This document shows positions 51,769 to 64,000 of a DNA stretch of 64,000 bases, piece by piece. The notes beneath the pieces were generated by a model that saw only the letters and a program-made list of their open reading frames with translations, ran no database searches and was not told the origin of the DNA. This DNA is from Octopus vulgaris (taxonomy: Eukaryota), in NCBI GenBank assembly GCA_951406725.2, contig OX597822.1, forward strand, positions 20,646,001 through 20,710,000, given 5' to 3'. Both the position numbers and the translations under genes were made by a program. Every line of letters begins with the position of its first letter. Position 1 is the stretch's first letter.

Positions 51769-52587
51769 TTACAATTTTAGCAGTGGAGTAGATATGAGAT
51801 TATTTAAGGTTGTTAGGTCATTTCCATTTCTAAGAGCAACATTGTATATCATTACTTTTTCATGCTGTTTGGGAGCTTTGAAAGCAGTTCTCTATTAATC
51901 AGATCAGTAAATTCAGTTTTGTTGAGTTCTCTCATAATATCTTCTTTTGCTTCTATGATCCCATTATTATTCCCCTCAAATTCTATGATATATCCTGGTG
52001 TCTACTTTCTTCTCTTTTTCCACATATCTGTTCTTCACTATTCTTTCTTCAGCTTCCTCGTTGGGACGTACTGCTTGTATACTGGGTTGTGCATCTGTTA
52101 CCTATTTCATCTGCATTGTTGTTGCTTTCATTTGGCCTACCATGAGATATTTTTGTCCGAATTTGGCCAATTTCAGCATCAGTTAACCTTTTATTCTTAA
52201 TGATGTCTCTATGTACATTATTTTATTTATTTGCATCTATATATCTGCGTACTTCTTTGCCTATTAAGTTTCTTCATAAAGTGTATGTTTGTACAATGTG
52301 GTTGTTGTTCGAGTTTAGTTGGGCTGTATAGAAAACTTTCAACATATCTCTATAATCCTCTCTAGTCCATTGTGTGCATTTTGCTTTAGATTGTGTCTTT
52401 GGTGGTGTCACTACAGGCCTAGGGTTAGGGTTATCTTGGTTCTGGTTACCTGGTAATTCGTTCTTTTTTTTTAGAGTTTGTTCCAGCAACAGACTTTTCG
52501 AGCCCAGTCTGGTTCCCCATTAGATAACATGGTCCTTGTCCTGGGTGATGACCGATCTGGCATGAGTTTTGGCTTGTTATTAAAGCC
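51769..52587 (-). mobile_element. 5' fragment of a second, older R4/Dong-type element
   Basis: ATG at 52563, QWTREDYRDML..FY N-terminal motif, and DLTTLNNLI/YSTAKIV homologous to DIIELNNLVYAAATA of the neighbour. Bounded by the (TAA)n tract at 52588-52620. Confidence 0.75.
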
Positions 52588-53366
52588 TTGTTGTTGTTAT
52601 TATTATTATTATTATTATTTAATCTTTTGTATTTTCATTATAAAGAGATTAGTAAAAATTTACAAAACTTCTCTATTCAGCTAATTAACTTTGTCAATTC
52701 CAATTACTGTTGTTGTTGTTGTTGTTACTGTTGCTATTCTGTTTTAAAGCTGCTCATTTATGTATTCATTTTGTTTGTGTGTGTTCATATCGGTTATTAG
52801 TTATGTTTGTTTATTGATTGTTTATTTATTGCCGTTATCATTATTGTTCTTAATTATTGATTTATTTGTTTGTATCAACAGCACTGGGCATTCATTATCT
52901 TCTTCCTCATTAATATATGTTTTGGTCGATTATTCTAAGGTAGGTGGGTAGAAAAAAAAAATCAATAAACTATAGTGCTCTTCACAATTAACTTCACCCT
53001 CACCTTACCCTATCAGACATACCATTTCTTGTTTGTTAGGTTTTTTTTCTGCATGATTATTTGTTGCATTAATCGCTGCAGTAGCAGCAACATCATCATC
53101 ATCATCATCATCATTGTCATTGTCATCATCGTTGTCATCAGCAGTGGCAGCAGCATGGATTCTTGTCCCCTGTTGTTATTGTTATTTGTTGCTGATTTTA
53201 ATCACAAATAGATTTTTGTTTTGTTCCAGGAAATATTTATAATAAAAATGGTATCTGTGTTGGGTTGGGGTGGGGGGGGGGTGAGATGGGGGTGGTAGCT
53301 TGCGGGTTGGGCGGGTAATAATAAGGAGGTTAATGCTTTTATGATGCTATTGCAAGTGATACTGCT

Positions 53367-53397
<31 letters not shown>

Positions 53398-54129
53398 ATG
53401 AGGAGGAGGAGGATGATGATGATGATGATGATGATAATGAGGAAGAGGTAGATGGGAAAGAAGAGGTATGTTTCAAAAATGGTGGTGATAATCATGATAA
53501 TTATAATATTAAATAATAACGATGATAATTGTTTATGAAGACCAAAAACAAAAGAAAAACAATCCACCATTTGAGATAAAAAGAAAATTAATAAGAATAA
53601 CATAAAAATGTTAATGATAATGATGATGAACGATGATATTTATAATGATAAGAATGATGATAATATCAATGATGATTTATAGGCTTGGCACAAAGCCACA
53701 AAATTGTAGGGGAGGAATATCATTGATTTAATTGACCTGGGTATGTGACTTATTTTATTTAATGGCCCAGCCCACTACCCTGAAGCACGAATAGCAAAAT
53801 TAACCTTAGTGGGATACGAACTCAAAACATAAAGAAAAAGGACTAAATACTGTTCAGCTATTTCCATTGCCCTACTTTTTCTTATGATAAATGTTTCCAA
53901 CTGAGACATAAGACCTGAAATTTGAGGTGAGGGCAAATATTAGGTGATTGAATCAAACCTTGTTTGACTGGTACTTTTTAATATCAATCCAAAAACAGAT
54001 CGAAGGCAAAGTTGATCTTGAAGATATTTGAACATAGAATATAAATAGGTGAAGCCAGAAGAAATACCTCAAAGCATTTTCTTCTATGCTTTAACAATTC
54101 TGGCAATCCAACACTACCATAATAACAAT

Positions 54130-55069
54130 AACACTCAGAGAGCACAAACCTCTGCCAAGCAACACCAACACCCTCTCAATGATTAGCCAGAAATGGTTTG
54201 TAAAATGAGAATATCTGAAATAAACTCGACTGCACCTCACAAACAAGGATACTAAAATTTAACCTGACCACTCTCAAAAGTTAGGTAAAAAAAAAAAAAC
54301 AGAAAAATAATCTAGAATCCTTCTCCGGTATCTGATTGATCCGTTCCAATGGTAGTCATGGAATGTGAAGGTGGCTGTACAAAATTTAGTAACAGTAATA
54401 AATAGTTTATCCTTATCTAATACAAGCCAAAGTTAACAAATTCACCATTCAAAATAGTTTCAAAGGCAAAGATAATAATAAATTCTACTCAATAATTTTT
54501 AAATGAATAGCATGAGACCTTTAGGTTTTCTCTTCTCTTAAATTCCGGCCTTCCTTTAGTATTCCTGTTGTTTTAGATCCATGTATAGATGTATGTATAT
54601 ATGCAATTATACTGTAAAGTGTTAATGTGGATGTATAATTTATAATATGTATATTATAAAAATATGTTAGTGTTATTTAATTTCAGAACGGTTTTGCTGC
54701 TGTTTGTTTTTATGTAGTTTTAATTTCTTTATCCATCTGTTTCAACTAAGATAGAGATGCAAGTAAAATTGATAATAGAGAAACAAAAATGAAACTTTGG
54801 AAACAGCCTAAAGATAGACAATTGAGAAATACTTGAAAGTCAATGTAAAATCGTAATCATGTAAAGTAAATATATCAAATAATTCAGAATCCTTGTCCCG
54901 TACCAGATCAATCCCAAAATCTAATCAGTTTGTACCAGTCATGAGGTCAAACATTCCTGAAAGTTTCATCCAAATCCATCCAGCAGTTCTTGAGACATCT
55001 TGTCCATGGACAAACAAACAAACAAACATGACTGAATACAATACCTCCGCCTTCGTTAAGGTGGAGGTA
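54130..55069 (+). mobile_element. Helentron-associated (DINE/HINE-like) non-autonomous element, interrupted
   Basis: 5' ACCTCTGCCAAG subterminal motif, (ACAA)n near the 3' end, terminal hairpin TACCTCCGCCTT-CGTT-AAGGTGGAGGTA (55042-55069), and AA/TT flanks. Confidence 0.6.
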
Positions 55070-55081
55070 ATAATAATAATA

Positions 55082-55297
55082 ATCCTTTCTGTTATAGGCA
55101 CAAGACCTGAAATTTTGGGGGAGGGGTACAGTCAATTACATTGACCTCAGTGCTTAACTGATATTGAAAGGATGAAAGGCAAAGTCAACCTTGGTAGAAT
55201 TTGAACTCAGAACATAGCAATAAGCGAAATACCTCTAAGCATTTATTCCAGCATGCTAATGATTCTGCCAGCTTGTCTTAATAATAAAAATAATAAC

Positions 55298-55352
<55 letters not shown>

Positions 55353-55651
55353 TTTTCTACTATAGGCACAAGACTTGAAATTTTGGGGGCAGGGATAAGT
55401 TGATTACATCGACTCTAGAGCATAACTGGTACTTATTTCATTGACCCTGAAAGGATGAAAGTCAAAGTCAACCTCAGCAGAATTTGAACTCAGAATGTAA
55501 GAAAAGACGAAATATTGCTGAGCATTTGTCTGGTGTGCTAACGATTCTACCAGAATCCTTTCTACTCAAGGCATGAAGCCTGAAATTTTAGGGGAGGCGA
55601 CTAGTTGATTGCATTGATCCCAGTGCTAATGATTTTCCCAGCTCTTTGCAT

Positions 55652-55710
<59 letters not shown>

Positions 55711-55900
55711 ATAATAATAATAATAATAATCCTTTCTACTATAGGTACAAGGCCTGAATTTTGTGGGAGGGGACTAGTCGATTACATCAACCTCTGTGTT
55801 TCTAAGGTACTTGATTTATCAACTCCAAAAGGATGAAAGCATAGTGGAATTTGAACTCAGAACTCAGATAGACAAAATGCCACTAAGCATTTTACCTGCT
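55082..55900 (-). mobile_element. Stack of at least 4 family-A SINE copies separated by (TAA)n/(TAC)n tracts
   Basis: TTTCTACTATAGGCACAAG-like 3' ends at about 55085, 55353, 55559 and 55733, each followed by core or head motifs. Confidence 0.88.
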
Positions 55901-56214
55901 CCATTAATAATAACAATAATTATAACTGTTTCTAATTTAGACACAAGTTCTTCAGTTTTGAGGGGAGGGTGTTAGTTTATTCCGTCACTCTCAGTGCTTG
56001 ACTGGTACTGTATTTTATTGATCTGTATTTTATAGAAGGATGGAAGATGAAGTCATCTTTGGTAGGATAGTTCTTGACATTGACTAAAGACAAAATATTT
56101 TGGGGAAGAGGATGCAATTCATCAAACTGACTCCAGTACTTGTTATAGACCCTCAAAAATAGAGGAAAAATAACTGAGGTTTGAACTCAACCTGTAAAGA
56201 TATTCAACTAAATA

Positions 56215-56451
56215 CTCTCTTTTACTCTTTTTCTCTTTTACTTGTTTCAGTCATTTGACTGTGGCCATGCTGGAGCACCACCTTTAGTCGAGCAAATCGC
56301 CCCCAGGACTTATTCTTTGTAAGCCTAGTACTTATCCTATTGGTCTCTTTTGCTCAACCGCTAAGGTGCGGGGACGTAAACACACCAGCTTTGGTTGTCA
56401 AGCGATGTTGAGGGGGACAAACACAGACACAGAAATATACACACACACACT

Positions 56452-56498
<47 letters not shown>

Positions 56499-56660
56499 GA
56501 CGGGCTTCTTTCAGTTTCCATCTACCAAATTCACTCACAAGGCTTTGGTCGGCCCGAAGCTATAGTAGAAAACACTTGCCCAAGGTGCCACACAGTGGGA
56601 CTGAACCTGGAACCATGTGGGTGGTAAGCAAGCTACTTACCACACAGCCACTCCTACACC
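56215..56660 (-). mobile_element. Family-C SINE, full length
   Basis: Reverse complement of 60028-60440, with a (TTTTACTC) tail. Confidence 0.92.
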
Positions 56661-57743
56661 TATATAATATAAGTTGCTTTATATATTATACTATTATTTT
56701 AGGTTAATGTATCTCCTGTTATATAATAATAATTATAATACAATAATAAGTGGAATGAATCTTTGTAAGAGGAACATCAAGGAATAATGGTGAAGGCTGG
56801 TTTTAGAAACATGTACCTCTCATAGATGATAATAATGTACTAACATAACTAGTGCAGAGATACTTTGATAGAGTAGATCTGTTCAGTTTCTATGTCAGCA
56901 TGGAAAGAAAACGGATGTAAAATAACAATGGTGATGATAACCATGATGGTGATGGTGATGATGAGGGTTATGAGGATGGTGTTGATGGTGATGATAGTAG
57001 TGGATAATGATGATAATGATGATGAGGAGGAGGAGGAGGATTATGATGATGGTTTTCATGGTGATGATAATGGTGAATAGTGATTTTTACTTTTTTTTTT
57101 AATATTGATTCTCGACATAACAACAGCAACAATAATAATAGCACTAATGATATTGTTGACAATAATACAAACTTAAAAATCTAAGATAAAGATTCCAGCA
57201 AGGTCAATAACAACAACAAGAATTATATAAAATCTAAGATAAACATCTAAATATCTATTGGGAAAAATAGTAAAAAAACTAAGAGATAATGTGTGAGAGA
57301 GAGAGAGAGAGAGATGAGTGAGAAGGAGAGAGTCTGTATGTGCATGAGAGAGTGTGCAAGAGAAAATGAGTGTGCCTGTGTTTATATATGTAGTGTAAGA
57401 GAGATAGAGAAAGAATGTGTCAGTGAAAGGGAGAAAAATAAATGTCTGTGGATGAGAGCAAGACAAAGAGATAAATAGGGAAAGAGAGAATAAAAGATAT
57501 TAAAACTGCATCTCCAAACTAAACCCTGTGCTTTAAAGACACTTTAAATTGACAGTATAGGGTGGTGAGTGTTAGCGGTGTGTGAACAGGAGGGGAGAGA
57601 GAAGGGCGCACAGGGGTCAAATCAATATTGAGATGTATAAGATATTCTCTACTAAACTTGTTGGTAAAGTTGGTGACAATGGGGGAGCCACCTTTTGCTG
57701 CTTGTTTCTTGTTGGTTGGTTAGTTGTTTATTTGTTTGTTTGC

Positions 57744-57775
<32 letters not shown>

Positions 57776-59799
57776 AATGAGGGTGGTGTTGTCTCTGTGG
57801 TTGGTTTGGTTTCTTTATTTTAAATGGAGATCACTTGTGAAAAAAAGACAGAAATAAACAAATAAATATCATCACAAGAATTTAAAACATAAAAAGAAAA
57901 AAAACAGAAATAAAAATAAAAATAACCTCCGATTTATTGGCTTGGAAATTTATGGGCGGAAAATTTCATTATCTACTGACGACAAAGTAATTGCTTTTCC
58001 TCTTTGCTCTGGCTTTTCTTTTTCTTTTTTCTTTTTTTCCCCAGACAACTTCTATTTAAAGTGTTTAAAGCTATCAGGGGAGGGGGTGTATTTTGTGTTT
58101 TTTTTTTATTATTGTTTAAGTATAGTAAAAGATGTGGTGAGCACCATGATATGATGATAAGATCTTCCAGCTGTGCTCATATAAAAATATTATTTGGACA
58201 AAATGCTGCGTAGCGGGGTTTTTAGTTACAACTCCTTCATACCGAGTTCAAGTCCTGCAGTTCATGTCCTGTGGTTGGCATTATTCTTCATCATTTCAGA
58301 GCCAATCAAATAAAACTTGTTAAATACTAGGGGTCAATTTGATTGACATATACTCTCCTTCAAAATTTGTGAGCTTGTACCAATAATTGAAACAATTATT
58401 ATTTTTTATTATTCATGGCTTGAGAAATACTTCAGGAATTTCTTGTCTTAGAACAAGGAGTAATGCGTCTTGTAAAATATGCAGAAATATGTTCGAGGTG
58501 AACAAAATTGTTCAAGATAGTCAAATTTTGTGAGATGATACACTTCCAATGTTTGCAGATCATATTTTCTGGAACATGCCTATGTCTACCTTCACAAGTA
58601 ATTGTCTTTGCTGAAGCAGTTGTGTAGAAATTCAGTGAAAGAGATGAGCATGGTTTAAAAACTGTAGTACTCAGTTACATTTTTTTATTTGTAAGTTCAA
58701 ATTGTACTTGATTCAAATTTCCCTGTTTCCTTCTAGGGTTTATAAAATACATATTGGTTAAGCAATGATGTTAATTGAATTGCTTACACTATTCCCCATC
58801 AAAAACCTTAACATTTTTATGTAATCTTATTTCAATAATAGAAACCATACTTTGCATTAATTCTCCTTGAAAACTGCTGGCTTTGTGCCAGAATTTGAAT
58901 CTTTTATTATTAAGTGCCATAAAGTACAGGAAAACCTTCGTCAGGAGTGTCTATAAACAGTTTTCAATTTTTTATTTCAGATGTCACTTCTTTCACATTA
59001 TCATTTTTTTTTCTCTCCATAAATCAGTTTTTTGCCTTATGAAAGTTAGAACAGTACCATTATTTCATTTTGGGAACTTTTAATTGTCATTATTTGCTGA
59101 CTCAGATCCTTACTAGTTTTCTTGGCTTCTACTGTCTAACTCATTACGACTATCAACTTTATCGTACAGTTAGTTTTAATGCGTCCATACATTTTCAGTA
59201 AACATAAGCACACAATTCTGGTTTTGACATTCTGTTTGTAACTCAATATTTTGTAAGCCTTAAAAAAGTGTGTGATGCCAGAATATTCTTTTTCCCCCAT
59301 AACTTTGAGGTGTGAAGTGTGTAAACGAAATCATGATAACAGTTATAGTCACAAATTGTGGAGAAATTCATCAAATCCATCAAATTAGCTGAGCAACCCT
59401 GATTTAAAATATCAAAACAAATATTTCTCTTGTTTTCGAGAAAAGCCTCAGAGGCAAAATTTCTTAGTGATAACTAGCATGAGAGTAAATTTATATTTGG
59501 TGTTGGATTTCAATAAATTATAATTATGCTCTAAAATGCAGTTAAACTGGTGTATACCTTTGGCATTTGCTTGGGTTTGGATTAACTACTTTGCCTTACC
59601 TTTGAACACAACCTGGACAAAAACTCTCCATTCCATGGAACCATGGAAACAATATTTGTTTCAACTATCTATACATTACTCATACTATTGTTTTTTCGCA
59701 ATCCATTCTCTAGGCATATAAATTTAGTTATTGAATAACATTGATAAGGTATCAGATTTACTATATCTTGTACACTATTACCTCTAATATTCAGTTTTT

Positions 59800-61800
59800 C
59801 TTTTAGTTCATTTGTACTTCATTGTTAATGCACACTAACATCACTCTTTCAGCATAGTATGTTCACTCCATTCTTTTTGAGCTTTTACACATCCTCCACA
59901 TTTAGTACCCGTATTTTGCTGCCATGCAGCATTACACTTTATAAATAAACAGCACAAAATTTACCCTTTGCTTCAACAGATTTAGCTATGTGAACTAGGT
60001 CAGTGGCTTATAAAAGTTGCCACAAAGGTGCAGGAGTGGCTGTGTGGTAAGTAGCTTGCTTACCAACCACATGGTTCCAGGTTCAGTCCCACTGTGTGGC
60101 ACCTTGAGCAAGTGTCTCGGGCCGACCAAAGCCTTGTGAGTGGATTTGGTAGACGGAAACTGAAAGAAGCCCATTGTATATATGTATATATGTATATATA
60201 TATATATACATATATGTGAGTGTGTGTGTGTATGTTTATGTGTCTGTTTGTCCCCCCAACATCGCTTGACAACCGATGCTGGTGTGTTTACATCCCCGTA
60301 ACTTAGCGGTTCAGAAAAAGAGACCGATAGAATAAGTACTAGGCTTACAAAGAATAAGTCCTGGAGGCGATTGGCTCGACTAAAGGTGGTGCTCCAGCAT
60401 GGCTGCAGTGAAATGACTGAAACAAGTAAAAGAGTAAAAGATTAAACTGTCAACTGTGGCTTAGAGAATTGCATTGAACAGTAGAGAGTTAAGAACTGGT
60501 GGACATGTATCTGCATATTTATTTCCTTACTGAACTCATTGTTGACTCTTATTGTTTTGATAGAATCTCTGTACATGGTTTGTACTATTACAGACAAATC
60601 ACTTATTTTTCTTAGTATCTACTAGACTACAGAGCACAGCGATCTATCATAAGCTCTCTCCAATTTAATGAATGCTTGTTATTGAAACATATTCTTAGCT
60701 AAAATATTCTTGTGTAGCTGTGTTGTTGAAGAGAGGGAAACACCCCATCTTTACATCACCCAAACTGCATTTCATCTAAGCTACTTTTTCCTCATTAGTT
60801 GTGTTATAACTCTTATTACATTCATAACCAGTGTCCAATTTATTTTAATGCCTCTGTAGTTGCTTCTTTTCCTGGAGCAGCTCCTTTGCTATTGATAATA
60901 AGACTGTTATGCAGGTCATGAGGTATATTTCCCTATTCTTTACTACCTGATTGACTATGCAAGCAACTGACATTGTCTTACTTTACTGAATATTTTTGGC
61001 ATCTCAGTGGTTGTGTCTGATGGGCTAGCTGCTTTCCTTGCACTCATATTGTGATTTTTAACTATATAACTATCAACAATAGTGTCTACTTGTAGATTCT
61101 CTTTCTATCATGTATTTACATGTTTCTTTCTTCTCAACGTCAATGAAGACAAGTCCCCTGCTATCATTCCATATGCATTTTACCCCAACATTGTACTAAT
61201 TCACACTAATAAACTGCTTGGTAAACTAGCATACTCACACATCTGATCCTTGCACATTGATCCTTACTTCTCACATCCTTCCAATCTTTCCATGCTCATT
61301 TGTGCCTCAAAATTCTACTAATTTCTTGTACCCATAGATTTCATAATATAATCAAGTAGCTAGCATGTAGTGCCCAATATTAGACATGATAATGAGGTCG
61401 ATGTCTTTTGATATTGAGTTCATCTGCAAGAAGTTTTCATAGAAACTGTCTTTAGGTTTACTTGTTAGTTCTGATTGTGGTGCATATACAAAGATAACTT
61501 GCTGTTTGAGTTTAATTGTCATATACTTTGACTTAGTTACTTTATCTACTTCTCTGGTAACAATATGATATGCCTATTTCACTCAACCCAACATAGCTAA
61601 AAAGCAAAAATTTACATATGTGATTATTACCATTGATGATTCTGGCTGAGTATTTCCTCTATAGTACCAAACACATTTTCTTGCCTCTGCTCCAGCTTCT
61701 TCAAGACCTCTCCAGACCTACTTTCCATTGTATCAACTTTGATGGTAGCAGCTTTGAAGTTTTGTAATGATAGGAGGAGGGCTCGTTTCTAATGGGGTGT
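59800..61800 (-). mobile_element. Old RTE LINE relic (APE endonuclease to C-terminus), interrupted by a SINE
   Basis: Minus-strand VIFVYAPQSEL...KDSFYENFLQ (APE domain) near 61430-61500, and SVMLHGSK..LNVEDV (RTE C-terminal motif) near 59890-59940. Confidence 0.65.
60028..60440 (+). mobile_element. Family-C SINE, full length
   Basis: GCAGGAGTGGCTGTGTGGTAAGTAGCTTGCT head, internal (TA)/(TG) tract, and AGTAAAAG tail. Confidence 0.92.
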
Positions 61801-62589
61801 TCGTGGTAACTGTGAGCATCATCATTTGGTCACAGCTCTGTTGTTTGGATGCTTTTTCCTATCACCAACTACAGTACAACATAGATTGGGTGTAGTTTCA
61901 TGCTCCCGGTACTAGAAGGTTGTCAGCCAAGATTAAAGTATTCCCTCTATATCGTGTTAGATTTTATTTGGAGTTGCTGCTCACCTAAATGGCTTTCCTT
62001 CTCAGCAACTTGTACAGTCTTTGTCTCCTTCTGCAGAATTTTTATTCAGAGTTACTGCTTTATTTGTCAGTTTAAAGTGTTTGATTTCCCCTGGTAGAAT
62101 TTCACTCAGAGTTACTCTACTCCTTTCTTGATTACTTTCATTATGGAACTCCTGTGTATATAGGATTACTAAAGGTGCTCATAATGTGGTGGAAGGATAG
62201 GAAAGATGGCCTTTAGAAAGAAAGGGTGTGGGTTTGTAGTATACTGATAGATTTGTTTAGATAGGTTACTAGGAGTAAATGGGAAAGATAGATAGGAAAT
62301 TGCAGGTTGGGTTACATGGAGTAATGGCAATTGATTATACTTGTCATAATAGGAGTGGAAATGTGTTTTTCTATAAATGTTGGGTAGTCTATGAGTGTTG
62401 AGCATAAAGACTTCTTCTGCTATGTATGAGGGTAGGTGATGTCTTATAGGATCTGTTGGGAGTATATCTTGATAAGCTTGAAGGAAATTGGTGTCCTTAT
62501 ACCTCTGTAGAACAGTCATTGAAATAGCATTTGAACTTGTGAACCACTGCACCATGTTGGTGCTTGGCTAATCTTTCTTTTAGACATAT

Positions 62590-63110
62590 TTGCATATTTT
62601 GTTATCTCATATATTTCAATTGATAGAAACAATAATTTCTTAATTAATTAAATAATGCAAAAAATAATTAATGTCTTAGTAGAGCTCCTCAGTTTCTGTT
62701 CCCATGTTGTTTGAAAGCAAATAGTCGTTGAAGTAATATATAAATTTATGTGCTATAAATTCATGTGTCAATATCTCATTTAATCTTCATTTCAGACAAA
62801 ATTTGCATTTTTCACTATCTTGATTTTGCATATATTGTTTGAAATAATTATTAATTAATTAAGAAAATAATAACGAAAATAACTAATATTTTAGCTGAGC
62901 TCTTCAGTTTCTATCTTTGTGTCGCCAAAACGCAAGCAATCATTGAATTAATATATGAACTTATAAACTATGAATACATCTACTAATGCTAAAAAATAAA
63001 GTTATTGAAGTAACATATGAACTTATGAACTATAAACATGCATCGTTATCTCAGATAAAATTTCTTCCAAGCACAATTTTCATAGTTCATTGTCTTAGTT
63101 TTGCATATAT
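62590..63110. repeat. Degenerate AT-rich tandem repeat, 2-3 units of about 215-275 bp
   Basis: Recurring TTGCATAT (62590, 62827, 63102), GAGCTC.TCAGTTTCT (62682, 62897) and TTGAA.TAA.ATAT.AA.TTAT (62728, 62943, 63005). Confidence 0.7.
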
Positions 63111-63265
63111 TCCAATTCATAGAAATGGCATACATCATTGTCATTGCCATCATTTTAACATCCACTTTTCCATAATCACATGAGTCAGATGGGATTGGTT
63201 GTGGCAGATTTTCTATGAATGGATATCCTTCTTGTTACCAACCCTCACCTATTTCCAAGTAAGAT

Positions 63266-63943
63266 GTGGAGTCCTTCGTCTACCTGGGTTCAATGGTGGT
63301 TCCAACGAACCAGGGCACAGCCGAGGTTGAGCGTTGCATAGGTGCTGCCAGATCTGCATTCATGCGCCTCCTGCGGTGCCTGTGGGACAAAAGAGAGATC
63401 TCCTCAGTGACCAAAGGTTGAATTTACCAGGCCATCGTTCGTACTATCCTCCTCTATGGTTTTGAAACATGGCCTATGAAAGGTAGTCGATCAGTGAAGG
63501 CTGGAGGTGTTCGACAGTGACTGTCTCTGCACATTCTTCGCTGCTGACGCATTGATTGGGTTCCTACAGCCAGTCTTCGTCATTGCCTGAATCTCTGGCC
63601 CCTCCCTTCGGTGCTTCTACAGCAGCGCTTAAGGTGGTTCGGTCATGCGGCCTGGCGTCCAGAGGGTGAGCTGATTTGTGATGTCCTCCTCCCACTTCCA
63701 CTTCCAAGCTGGCGCAAATGCACGGGCGGACAGCTGAAGACCTGAGCAACGACGATAAAGGAGGACCTCTCCGAACTCTCTGGTCTGCAGGTGGTTGGTC
63801 TGCGCAGATGGAACCACGAATAGCTTGCTATCTCCAGTGATCTCACACGGGACCGTTGAGTGTGGGCTGCCATGGTTCATGATGCCCTTAGGACCAGAGA
63901 AGAAGCCAGCTCAATCCGCCCTAGGTGAACACCATCACAAGTA
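63266..63943 (+). mobile_element. 5'-truncated RTE LINE with 10-bp TSD, inserted into a family-E-like repeat
   Basis: VESFVYLGS...EVERCIGAARSAF..L...LW, TKG*IYQAIVRTILLYGFETW and RLRWFGH motifs. (CAAGTA) tail. CAAGTAAGAT at 63256-63265 and 63944-63953. Confidence 0.92.
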
Positions 63944-64000
63944 CAAGTAAGATATTATTTTCCCAAGCCAAACATGTTTTTACAAAAGATTAGAAATAAA

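Noticed and set aside
51189-51791. 200-aa plus-strand ORF
   Set aside because: Antisense shadow of the Dong ORF running into a (TTA)n tract.
52420-52433. TTAGGG telomere-like repeat
   Set aside because: Only about 2 units, and it encodes NPNP in the LINE N-terminus.
62169-62555. 128-aa minus-strand ORF, vaguely like a PLE linker region
   Set aside because: No diagnostic motif could be confirmed.
62880-62912. Minus-strand CTGAAGA-GC-TCA-GC-TAAA hammerhead-like string
   Set aside because: The GAAA core is absent in both repeat units and stem I does not pair.
1-64000. CRISPR arrays, operons, rRNA/tRNA genes
   Set aside because: None seen. The tRNA-like A/B boxes all belong to SINE heads, and the sequence is eukaryotic repeat-rich DNA.

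Overview
AT-rich, microsatellite-dense eukaryotic DNA. Its SINE families and (TA)n/(TAA)n/(TACA)n tracts look like an octopod cephalopod (Octopus-type) genome; this is inferred from repeat style, not verified. I cannot identify any host protein-coding gene, rRNA, tRNA or CRISPR array. Most ORFs in the supplied track are microsatellite or low-complexity artefacts or decayed transposon pieces. The window is an intronic or intergenic transposon graveyard. It holds a relatively young, frameshifted R4/Dong-type (RT + RLE) LINE at 48.6-51.7 kb, stacked with older relatives at (TAA)n tracts; two Penelope-like (RT + GIY-YIG) relics; RTE and CR1 LINE fragments; three mariner relics; a Helitron, a Helentron-like element and a piggyBac-type MITE; and many tRNA-derived SINEs. 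The most notable structure is a near-perfect 291-bp palindrome (33998-34288) whose arms each carry a minimal type-I hammerhead-ribozyme-like core. Also notable are a GC-rich RTE insertion with TSD (horizontal-transfer candidate), a near-identical 260-bp spaced duplication, and two speculative exon candidates.
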